Part shown: piece after piece, positions 1 to 9,962 of the stretch
Numbering within the stretch: the stretch's first letter is position 1
How the letters are laid out: each line of letters starts with the position of its first letter
From: Podarcis filfolensis
Taxonomy: Eukaryota
DNA length: 64,000 nucleotides
Assembly (NCBI GenBank): GCA_964270895.1
Contig: OZ185445.1
Reading direction: 5' to 3' (one strand)
Made by a program: the position numbers and the translations under genes
The notes under the pieces: generated by a model
Database searches by the model: none
What the model was told of the DNA's origin: nothing
The model's input: the letters and a program-made list of their open reading frames with translations, nothing else

Positions 1-195
1 TAGGTACCACTCCGGCGGGAGGTAAAGGCATTTCCGTGTGCTGCTCTGGTTCGCCAGAAGCGACTTAGTCATGCTGGCCACATGACCCGGAAGCTGTACG
101 CCGGCTCCCTCGGCCAATAAAGCAAGATGAGCGCCGCAACCCCAGAGTCGGTCACGACTGGACCTAATGGTCAGGGGTCCCTTTACCTTTACCTT
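1..195 (+). mobile_element. Sauria SINE (Squam1), 3' part, truncated by window start
   Basis: Matches 45300-45510 closely (taggtaccactccggc...gtcaggggtccc) and ends in the (ACCTTT)n tail typical of the family. Confidence 0.85.
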
Positions 196-925
196 ATCTG
201 AGCTTGCAGCCATCCACAACGAGCTATCATTACTACAGGGTGTTGTCATGGCAGTTAAACATATATGACTTCTTTACAGAGTTGGAAGGTAAGCTCACTG
301 GCGGCTGCTAGCAATAATAGCAACCTTGCCTTTCAGAGACAATGTGTTTCTGACTACCAGATGTTGGAGATTAACAATATGAGATGGATATTGCCGTCAC
401 GCCCTGCAGGTGAACCTCCTTGAGGCTTCTGTCTAGCCACTGCCAACAGAGCGGATGCTGAGCTAAATGGACCATTGTTGCAACCCAGCATGCCCCTTCG
501 CAAAGGTACACAGGTCCAAATGTTAAACCACAAATCCTATAAAACGGAGGCATCTGATTTAGATTTAATTTAGATTTCTCTTTTTAAAGCGTCTCAAAGA
601 ATATAATTCCTAGACAACAGTGCCGCCCAGAGGCCAGCAAGTCACAAGTGTACCCACAAAAAGTTTATTTGACTAATTAACCTAAACAACAGTGCCACCT
701 AGGGACCAATGAGTTACTAGCAGGTTTATTTAAGTATATATTAGAAGAAAACTATATGAATTCCGAATAAAGCACAGTAGCCTAGTCTCCATCCTAAGCA
801 GTATGAACTGTAAGCAGCATGCAACTTGCATTGCACAGCAGTGCTGATGCTGTCAAAGGCTTTGCATTTGAAACATCCATATAAACATTGACAGAATGGC
901 TTGTACCCAAAGTTGCACTCAGCCA

Positions 926-1114
926 GTTGTTCCATTAGCGGGAGGATTTCTGCTTGTGCAATGGAACTTCCTCCCTCTACTCCCCCTACACTCCCCTAAA
1001 TCTGTTCTGGAGGTTCTCCCAACCCTCCAGAGTTTATTTAGGGAGGGTGTGGGGTTCACGTGGGGGAGAGGAAGTTCCATTCAACAAGTGTAAATCCTTG
1101 TGCTAACGGAACAA
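926..1114. repeat. Palindromic interspersed element, MITE-like, class unknown
   Basis: Ends gttgttccattagc / gctaacggaacaac are inverted; inner inverted pair atggaacttcct / aggaagttccat. Core cccctaaatctgttctgga (993-1011) recurs at 38552-38570. Confidence 0.6.
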
Positions 1115-1235
1115 CCGCATGCCCATTCTGGCTTAAAGAGCTGAAAAAGGCAATATATGTTGGCAAAAGAAGTGAAGGAATGCAAATGTTTGCAAACGAA
1201 TGCAAAGTGACTAGAATTATAGCGCTTTAAGAGCC

Positions 1236-1236
<1 letters not shown>

Positions 1237-1276
<40 letters not shown>

Positions 1277-1575
1277 TATTTATTTATACCCCGCCCATCT
1301 GGCTGGGTTTCCCCAGCCACTCAACAGAGTATTAAAAACACAATAAAACATCAAACATTAAAAGCCTCCCTAAAAAGGGCTGCCTTCAGATGTCTTGTAA
1401 AAGTCAGATAGTTTTTTATTTCCTTGGCATCTGATGGGCAGGTACCACTACCGAGAAGCCCCTCTGCCTGGTTTCCTGTAACTTTGCTTCTCACAGTGAG
1501 GGAACCGCCAGAAGGCCCTCGGTGCTGGACCTCAGTGTCCGGGCTGAACGATGGGAGTGGAGATGCTCCTTCAGA
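1237..1575 (-). mobile_element. L2-clade LINE 3' fragment with (AAT)n tail
   Basis: Minus ORF 1351-1623 ends ...DAKEIKNYLTFTRHLKAALFREAF, an L2 ORF2 C-terminus; reverse-complement homolog of 9192-9900 and 43737-44061. Confidence 0.8.
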
Positions 1576-1658
1576 TCCATGCAGACCTTTTCCTGTTACA
1601 TATTTTCCTAAAGGTGTTGTCACTTGGCTTCACCCTGGTCGGCAATCCAAACCAAGTA

Positions 1659-1993
1659 CAGTGGTGCCTCGCAAGACGAAAATAATCCGTTCCGCGAGTC
1701 TCTTCGTCTAGCGGTTTTTTCGTCTTGCGAAGCAACCCTATTAGCGGCTTAGCGGATTACCGCTATTAGCGGCTATTAAAGGCTTAGCGGCTTAGTGGCT
1801 AAAAGGCTATTAGTGGCTTAGCGGCTTAGAAAAAGGGGGGGGCGAAAAAAATCGCAAGACTCGCAAGATGTTTTCGTCTTGCAAAGCAAGCCCATAGGGA
1901 AATTCATCTTGCGAAGCACATCGAAAAGCGGAAAACCCTTTCGTCTAGCAGGTTTTTCGTCTTGCGAGGCATTCGTCTTGCGGGGCACCACTG
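1659..1993. mobile_element. Tc1/mariner (Tigger/pogo-like) MITE with internal (TTAGCGGC)-like tandem repeat
   Basis: 22-bp TIR cagtggtgcctcgcaagacgaa (1 mismatch), TA on both flanks; degenerate ttagcggc repeats at 1740-1829. Confidence 0.85.
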
Positions 1994-2539
1994 TACACTT
2001 AGTCGAAGTTCTAGACCCATCGAACTGGACAAAACTGACTTTCAAGTGAATATGCACGGGATTGTGCAATGATGGGTCTATGAAACACCTCCCCAACCGC
2101 ACTTTATTTAACAACACCCAACCCTTAAAAAATAATTATTATATTTTATTAAGGTGATTTCAGTTAAAAGAAATAAAGTGATACAGAAAAAAAGAAGGAA
2201 AAATGAGAGGGAGAGAAATAACAACAAAGATACATATAAAAATGAAAATACACACACACACAAAAAGCAATATATAATATTCCCATACATTCTTGTATAA
2301 ATTGGTATACCGTAGTTTTATTGTCCAAGTGCTTATGTAAATGCTAATAGCCTACTACATTTTGTATAAACTCATTCCAAATGTTATCATATTTATCCAT
2401 ATGGAGTCTGTGCCTGTAAGCAGATTGCCAGTGATATCATATCATCAGTCCAGGGTATCATACCTTTATTTTTCCAATTCCTCAACACCCAACCCTATAA
2501 ACAGGTAGCGGGGAATCCCACAAAGTCACTGGACCATAC

Positions 2540-2690
2540 TTAGAATTGTAAGAGTTGGAAGGGACCCAAGAGGGCCTTCTAGTCTGAGCTGTTGCAAGGC
2601 AGAAATCTCAACTCAAGCCGCCAGGCCATCTACCCTCTGCTTAAAAACCTCCAAGGAAGGAGAATCCACCACTTTCCTGGGGAGTCACGG
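2540..2690 (-). mobile_element. CR1 LINE 3' fragment
   Basis: gagttggaagggaccc...ctctgcttaaaaacctccaaggaaggaga matches the CR1 3' end at 48703-48850. Confidence 0.7.
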
Positions 2691-2722
2691 GAAGGATTGA
2701 AGCCTGAGACTTACAAACACCT

Positions 2723-2854
2723 GGATGGCTCAGTTGGTGAGGGCATGGTGCTAATAACGCCAAGGCTGCAGGTTCGATCCCCGTATGGGACAGCTGCATA
2801 TTTGGGTTGGACTAGATGATCCTCAGGGTCCCTTCCAACTCCACGATTCTATGA
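2723..2854 (+). mobile_element. tRNA-derived SINE with CR1-type tail (Squam3-like)
   Basis: Pol III A box tggctcagttgg, B box ggttcgatccc, then CR1 tail ggactagatgatcctcagggtcccttccaactc...attctatga. Confidence 0.8.
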
Positions 2855-3156
2855 AACTATTATCTGGATTTGCCACCAATCAGCTTGGGCGTAGCCAAGT
2901 GGAGGCAGCTGCCCCGCAAATCAACACAAAACTGAGGTTCTGCTCACCCTAACAAAGATTCTGGCTATGCCATGCCCACCCAGATGTTGGTTTTTTAAAA
3001 ACACAATTTTTCATCATATCTATGAGAAACCCCCCAACTCCTTTCCCGCTTTCCAAGCTTCTCTTTTTTATTTCATTAATAATAATTTTTAATAGTTTTC
3101 AATTACAATCCAATAACAGCCTCATTATAACAATACCAATTTATAATACAATTATT

Positions 3157-3298
3157 CAGTGCTTTTTTTCCTGGGGGGGGGACGCATACCCCTAAACATT
3201 TTGTGAATCTTACGTTTGGCCTCATTGAGGGGCAGTATTTCAATATGAGTAGGAAAATGAGAGCACCCCTAAAAAATTTTTTTTAGAAAAAAGCACTG
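3157..3298. mobile_element. hAT-type MITE
   Basis: TIR cagtgctttttt / aaaaaagcactg with a perfect 8-bp TSD caattatt (3149-3156 and 3299-3306). Confidence 0.85.
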
Positions 3299-3603
3299 CA
3301 ATTATTAATACCAATCGTTCAAACACCTAATTATATTTTTTTTTATTATTTTAAACTCCTTTTCACTTTACACTAGGAAGGGAACGTACCCTAAACGATG
3401 CCGACATAAAAACCTTACTCATGTGCCAAGTTGGAAAAACGAATTTTTTTTTAGTGTGTTTCTCCCCCACCCTCTCTTCTTCCCCCACTGGATACCACAT
3501 TGCCTTACAATGAACATAACCAAAAGACTACTTATTGCTATGATGATGATGATGTATTGAATTTATATACCGCCCTATGCCTGGAGGTCTGAAACAGAAA
3601 AGA

Positions 3604-3635
3604 AAGAGAGGAGAGAGAGAGAGAGAGAGAGAGAG
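3604..3635. repeat. (GA)n microsatellite
   Basis: Visible GA run about 300 bp upstream of the SRFBP1 ATG. Confidence 0.9.
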
Positions 3636-3739
3636 ATTGCACGTTCCTTTGTCATTCATGAAAATCTTTCATAAAAATAATTTTTAAAAGCCCACAGAGC
3701 TGAAGCGGACTCGAAAGCAGCCTGCTTGTCCTCCTAAAC

Positions 3740-4110
3740 CATAGAGGCTGAGCTGCAGAGCGGCACCCGGAAGGAGCGCGCCGGAAGGGCCGCGCACGCG
3801 CGTTGTTATTTCGCTCGCGTCCGTCGTGAGGAGAGACGCGAGGAGCGGCGAAGGTGTGCTGCGCGCGTGTGTTTGGGCGCCGAGCCGTCCCTTCCGCGGA
3901 GCCCCGGTGCGCGCGATCCAAGGGGAGGCGATGGCGCAGGCGCTGAACCTCAACAACGAGGTGAGCGGAGGGGGAAGGCGCCCGGCGGGTTGAGGGTGAC
4001 CGGGCGGGGAAATGCGCGCGCGGGGTCGGCCGCGAAACGGCGTCCTCGCCCAAGGGAGTCGAGGGCGGGAGCTCTGCTCAGTTAGGATCAGGGCCTTCCC
4101 AATACACGCC
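3740..4110 (+). promoter_or_regulatory. SRFBP1: CpG-island, TATA-less promoter and 5'UTR of SRFBP1
   Basis: Dense CpG against an AT-rich background; tandem ETS/GABP motifs CCGGAAG at 3767-3773 and 3781-3787; NRF1-like gcgcacgcgc at 3792-3801; surrounds coding exon 1. Confidence 0.8.
3931..3960 (+). CDS. SRFBP1: SRFBP1 coding exon 1 (MAQALNLNNE)
   Basis: Kozak ggcgATGG; matches the vertebrate SRFBP1 N-terminus (LNLNNE); donor GTGAGC at 3961, phase 0. Confidence 0.92.
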
Positions 4111-4177
4111 GCCTTCTGAGGGAGTCCTTGCTCGGGGTTGGACTGGATGACCCTTGGGGAACCCTTCCAGCTCCGTG
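4078..4177 (+). mobile_element. Degenerate Squam3-like SINE
   Basis: gctcagtt head remnant and tail ggttggactggatgacccttggggaacccttccagctcc, similar to 2800-2850. Confidence 0.5.
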
Positions 4178-4299
4178 AAGCTCATCCCACCGCTGGGCAG
4201 GAGATGTCGAATTACAGATTTAGGCGTGGAAACTTTAATTATTGGCTTCGGCTGAATTTAAATCCCACCGGTCTACTACCCTTAGTAAAATAGAAAACA

Positions 4300-4846
4300 A
4301 AAGGTAAAAGACGTCTGGATGGTTAAGTTCAGTCATAATCATCATCATCATCATCATCATCATAAATTTTATTTATGCCCCGCCCTCCCCAGCCAAGACC
4401 GGACTCAGGGCGGCTAACAACCAATAATAAAAACAAGTTGATTAAAACACAATTTTTAAAAAAAGATTAATATACTATGGGGTTGCAGCGCTCATCTCGC
4501 TTTTCAGGGTGATGAGTGCTGCACCCCATAGCCCATGGGTAGGCAAACTAAGGCCCGGGGGCTGGATCTGACCCAATCGCCTTCTAAATCCGGCCCACGG
4601 ATGGTCCGGGAATCAGCCTGTTTTTACATGAGTAGAATGTGTGCTTTTATTAAAAATGCATCTCTGGGTTATTTGTGGGGCATAGGAATTCGTTCATTTC
4701 CCCCCCAAAAAATATAGTCCAGCCCCCCCCACAAGGTCTGGGGGACAGTGGGCCGGCCCCCTGCTGAAAAAGTTTGCTGGCCCCCGATAGCCAAATTCAA
4801 CTGGACTTTACCATCCAGGGGTCCTTTACCTTTTTTACCTTTACCC
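4300..4846. mobile_element. Nested cluster: inverted Sauria SINE 3' fragments interrupted by an L2-like tail (about 4337-4475) and a hAT MITE
   Basis: Minus SINE tail aaaggtaaaagacgtctggatggttaagttcagtca resumes at 4478; plus SINE gatgagtgctgcaccccatagcc resumes after the MITE and ends ...tcctttacctttt. Confidence 0.65.
4534..4786. mobile_element. hAT-type MITE (same family as 9543-9792)
   Basis: Shared body aatcag...tttttacatgagtagaatgtgtgcttttatt...; TIR catgggtaggcaaact / agtttgctggcccccg; atagcc is duplicated on both flanks. Confidence 0.8.
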
Positions 4847-4894
4847 TTATGGTATGTATTTTTCTGTTTTTATATTGTAAACTGCTCTGGGATC

Positions 4895-5269
4895 AAAGGT
4901 AAAGGACCCCTGGATGGTTAAGTCCAGTCAAAGGCGACAATGGGGTTGAGGCACTCATTTCGCTTTCAGGCCAAGGGAGCCGGCGTTTGTCCACAGGCAG
5001 CTTTCCGGGTCATGTGGCCAGCATGACTAAACCACTTCTGGCACAACGGAACACTGTGACGGAAACCAGAGCGCACGGAAACGCCGTTTACCTTCCCGCT
5101 GCAGTGATACCTATTTATCTACTTGCGCCGGTGCGCTTTCAAACTGCTAGGTTGGCAGGATCTGGGACAGAGCAATGGGAGCTCACTGCCACCAGGATTC
5201 GAACCACTGACCTTCTTGATCAGCAAGCACAAGAGGCTCAGTGGTTTAGACCTCAGTGCCACCTGCTCC
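4895..5269 (-). mobile_element. Sauria SINE, near full length
   Basis: Starts with the inverted tail aaaggtaaaggacccc; reverse-complement homolog of 45152-45510 including the tRNA-like head (ggattcgaacc). Confidence 0.85.
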
Positions 5270-6042
5270 ACTACTCTTAGTATCACAAGATTGTCACGAG
5301 AGCACGTGGACTAAAATGGTCAACCCAAAGCTTTGCATTTCTGGTTTATCACTGCAACAGTTATTAACACTGGGCTTCGGTAAAGCAAATAATTAAATCA
5401 GACAGCGCCTATAGGACATCGAGCGACAGAGTAATTTGGCCACCGTAAGGAAATTTTGTCCATGGTATGGTTATTTGCCACACAGTCGTTTTGACCCGTT
5501 GGCACCCTATCTGCAAAATGTAATAATTCCAAAATACAGACATGCTTTCAATTATGCAAGATTAAATATACTGTACTGCCCTTGGCTGTACTTGAGAATC
5601 AGTTTCAAAAATCCCACTGGAAAAACGTTTATTTCCATGTGGAGATGGCAGTATTGAGTCAGGGCTCATGTGCACTCTCTCTATAAAGATTTGAGGAGTG
5701 AGGTGATTACCCCTCTACTATTGTCCATGTTGGGTCACTCAGCCATTGCTACTGTGTCCTTTCTTCTAGCAGATCAAGATAATCAGGTGACAGCAAAAAC
5801 TGCAGTTTTTTTAGCAGGGGCAATTAGAATAAGATCCATTATTTTATTGTTGTTGTAAACCTCCAGAATATATTTTGTATAGTTAAGTTTTTACCTCTAT
5901 CTTCAGTTCATTTTATTTTATTTCTATGGCTAGTGGCTGAGGCAAATAAACATTCTTCTTCTTCAGGAGCTCTGCCTTGGCTGTTTTGGCTTTGTAGTGC
6001 TGCTGCAAAACTCCTGAGCTCGCTCAGTGTCTGTTGCCCTGC

Positions 6043-6177
6043 AGATATAGAGTTGGAAGGGATCCGGAGGGTCATCTAGTCCAACCCCCTGGACAATGCA
6101 AGGATCTCTTTTGCCCAACATGGGGCACTAACCCATGAACCTAAGAGTTTCATGTTCTGCTGACTGAGCTATCCCAC
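6043..6177 (-). mobile_element. Squam3-like SINE
   Basis: CR1 tail gagttggaagggatccggagggtcatctagtccaacccc at the left, tRNA-like head (ctgactgagctatccc) at the right. Confidence 0.65.
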
Positions 6178-9100
6178 ACAACATTTCCCAGGTTCCTTTT
6201 CTTCCTCTTAGAACAGCTGCAGCCCCATGCCTCTGCATGTTTACCCTCAGAAGTAGACCCTGCTAAATGCACCAGTTAAGGGTGCAGTGAGTTGCAGTAT
6301 TGACTTTCCCTCTCGCCAAAGGGCCACTGTGTTAGGTCACATCCACAGCATACATTTAAAGCACTGTTCTAACGGTCATGGCTACCTGCAAAGAAACCCA
6401 GGAACTGTAGTTTCTTAAGGGTGCTGACCTCACAGTCCTACTACTGCCAGCACCTTTAACAAACTATAGGGTTCTCCATGGCTGTTAAACTGGTATAAGA
6501 GCACTTTAAGTCTGCGGTGTGGTTATGGTCTTAGTCTTTTACAGCAAAAACAACTGAGTGTCTTGTCACACCTGGGGGAAAAAATCAAATTTATTATAGC
6601 ATACTTTTTTTTTGCAACTTTTCAAAATGCAAGTTTATATTGATTAAATGACCTGTGGTCCACAAAAGTTTACGTCTTAATACTCCTCATGTTGACCCAA
6701 TTTGGTTGAGACATTAACTTTGCCTTTCCTCCATTTCTGTGCCTTTCTTTTCTCCTCCTTTCTTTCATTCACACACACCTGTCTTCATTATCTTCTTTTC
6801 ATAGTTTTGTGTTTCACGTTCTCCCACATCTTCTCTTTCCCTGTTTCATAGTGTTGCTGTGCATTTTCTGTGCAGAAGTAAAAGAGCTGAAAACTGAAAA
6901 CTCCGATGAGTGGGCAGGTACTACTGCCAGTGGTGGCCTTACTAGTGGTAGCCAGCACAAGCCCTCAAAACAGGGAATTGTGGGAGTAGAGAAGGTGTGG
7001 AACTGGGCCTGATAAGGATTTGCTGGTTCAGCTACTGGTTGGGTCTCTATGCAGCACCAGCATGGATTGGGTGCAGTGAAAACCGGAAGCTTGTGGCCAT
7101 AAGTGGCAGAGCTGCAGATGCATTGTTCTGTACTGCTACTTCTTCCTGGGAGTTAGACTCACTCCCTAAGGCTTACAAAATACTTAAGGACACCAATTGT
7201 GAAGGAGAAGGTTGGATTTCTTTGTACGTGTGCATCTCTTTTGTGATTGCATGGAACAGCATCATGTCGTTAACACCTGAAGAAGTAGGTCAATTTCTAA
7301 GACTGTAAATGATGAACTCTAGTGTCCCACTGTAGATCCAGTTAGATCCCTTGACATTCAATTCTTATGATTCTCTTATTTGACATCTTCCAGTGGGATC
7401 ACTTTGTCAGTCTGTTACACCAAAAAACAAAGCAGGTGAAGTAAACTCTAGTTCATGAAAGCTTATTCCATAATAATTTTCTTAGGCTTTAAGGTATCAC
7501 AGGATGCCTTCTTCTCTTTCATTAGGTGTTTGATATATTGAATACTTGCACCAAGTTTACCCTTGCTATCTTTTATGCTTTTTTAATGCTACTTTTAATT
7601 GTTTGATAGTTGTCATGCTTTATTCTGATTTTAGTTGGGCTTTGTGTTTTTATTTTTTGCTGTTTTTATTGTGAATTGTATTTTCTATTTTAGATTTAGA
7701 TCTGACACACTTGCAAGTGTTAAAAGATACAAGAAGTGGTAGAAAATGTTTGAGGTTACAAAAGGGATAATATGTTCCAGCAATACATTTAATTTTGCGG
7801 TTGTTTGAATATCAGACTTCGAATTTAACACTGGTTTATACTATATATATATACATTTTAATACACACTATACTTAATCTGCTTCTCCCTGCTGTCCAGC
7901 TTGATCATGCAGCACCACAGCTGCAGTTTGTTGTGAGTTCCCTTCTTTTCATATCCATGCAAAGCACTTTAGCATCAGAGATAGCTGTTATTGGGTAAGA
8001 ACTGCATAAGTGTCTATTGCTGACTAGGAATCGGGAGTAGGGACAAATACTTACTATTTTATTCAATTTCTAAACTGCCCTTTGTAATCAGTTACGATCC
8101 CAGGGCTGTTTACAAAACCAGCGTCAAATTATTTAAAAAATGACGTTCAACCAACAGTTATATTTTTAATCAGAACAGCAGACATCGCTCATAATCACTT
8201 CTCAAATTAGCTTCCCCAAAAGATTAGGGTGAAGAGGTAAGTCACCAGCTGGGTGCCAATAATGATGTCACCAGTCATACCCCCAAATAATTTTCATAGA
8301 CAAGATGCCAACACAGAGAAGGCCTTATCGCATGTCATTGTCACATGAGCCTATCTTAATGCACAGGCAGGATAATAGGAATATATAGCCACAAGTGAAG
8401 AAGCCATTGTGCTGTACGTGTGTGAATATTATTGATCTCATTCAAGTCTCTGAACTGTTGGGAAAAGAAAAATAATCTGTCTTTTTCTTTCTTCTCCTTT
8501 TTTGTAACTTTTAAAAGCAATAAATATTATTTTAAAAAAAGAAAAGAAAAATAATCAATTCATATATTGGTATGAAGCAGGCTTCATTTAAGGTTAGTGT
8601 TGGAGCAGGGAATGATCCCGATTTGCAATTATGCTTGCAATCTGGAAACAGCCTTTTCCCGGAGACCTAAACAATCAGCGATGCATTGTTAATTTGTATA
8701 ATAGAATTTTGATTCTTCTGGTCATAACTTTTTGGCAGAGAATAATCAAAAGAAAAAAATAAGATGAAATGGTCACATATTTAAAAATATACTCGTAAAA
8801 TGGCTTTATGTGCAAATAATACTTGAAAATGTTGCTAGGTGGCAGCACAAAATAAGTAATAAGCTCCTCTTAACCCCCACCCCTGCACTACTTGTACAAG
8901 TTCTCTTGCAAATGTGCTTAATTTACAAACTGATTAATTTAAAGGCTTAAATATATGTAGTGTTCCAAACAGAATTGTGAGATGTATTCTTTTAGGACAG
9001 AATCCCCCCGCCCTTCAGTGTTTACATATACACTTTTAATGGCACTTGGGTATTTGGGGTGAAACTTCAGGACTTCATTCTGCTTTCCTATAGATGGAGC

Positions 9101-9191
9101 ATAGCAAAGCCCTCTCACCTATTTTGCGAGGAATTTGCTCTAGTGGAATAAATACTACCGCTTTGTTCCTCCCATTGCATCTATTATGTTT

Positions 9192-9903
9192 AAGACCACA
9201 TAACACCTGTCCTGAAAGACCTACATTTGCTCCCAGTACGTTTCTGAGCACAAGTTAAATTGTTGGTGCTGACCTTTAAAGCCCCAAACGGCCTTGGCCC
9301 AGTATACCTGAAGGAGCGTCTCCACCCCCATCGTCCAGCCCGGACACTGAGGTCCAGCGCTGAGGGCCTTCTGGCGGTTCCCTCCCTGTGAGAAGTGAGA
9401 TCACAGGAAACCAGGCAGGGGGCCTTCTCGGTAGTGGTGCCCGCCCTGTGGAACGCCCTCCCACCAGATGTCAAGGAAATAAACAACCATCTGACTTTTA
9501 GAAGACATCTGAAGGCAGCCCTGTTTAGGGAAGTTTTTAATGCAGGGGTAGGCAACCTAAGGCTCAGGGGCCAGATGCGGCCCATTCGCCTTCTCAATCC
9601 AGCCCGCAGACAGTCTGGGAATCAGTGTGTTTTTACATGAGTAGAATGTGTGCTTTTATTTAAAATGCATCTCTCGGTTATTTGTGGGGCATATGAATTC
9701 ATTCATATTTTTTTTCAAAATATAGTCTGGCCCACCACATGGTCTGAGGGATGGTGGACCGGCCCACGGCTGAAAAAGGTTGCTGACCCCTGTTTTAATG
9801 TTTGATATTGTCACTTTTTATTATTAATATTCTGTTGGGAACTGCCCAGAGTGGCTGGGGAAACCCAGCCAGATGGGCAGGGTATAAGTAATAAATTATT
9901 ATT

Positions 9904-9962
<59 letters not shown>
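9192..9962 (+). mobile_element. L2 LINE 3' fragment interrupted by a hAT MITE, with (TTA)/(TTG)n tail
   Basis: ORF 9395-9640 GAFSVVVPALWNALPPDVKEINNHLTFRRHLKAALFREVF is an L2 ORF2 C-terminus; the 3'UTR resumes at 9801. Confidence 0.85.
9543..9792. mobile_element. hAT-type MITE
   Basis: TIR caggggtaggcaacct / aggttgctgacccctg; perfect 8-bp TSD ttttaatg (9535-9542 and 9793-9800). Confidence 0.9.

Noticed and set aside
2723-2800. tRNA gene
   Set aside because: It has A and B boxes but no complete cloverleaf and is followed by a CR1 tail, so it is a SINE head. The same applies to 45152-45230.
3652-4085. Antisense or alternative ORFs over the promoter
   Set aside because: Expected by chance in a CpG island; low-complexity Arg/Ala/Pro translations.
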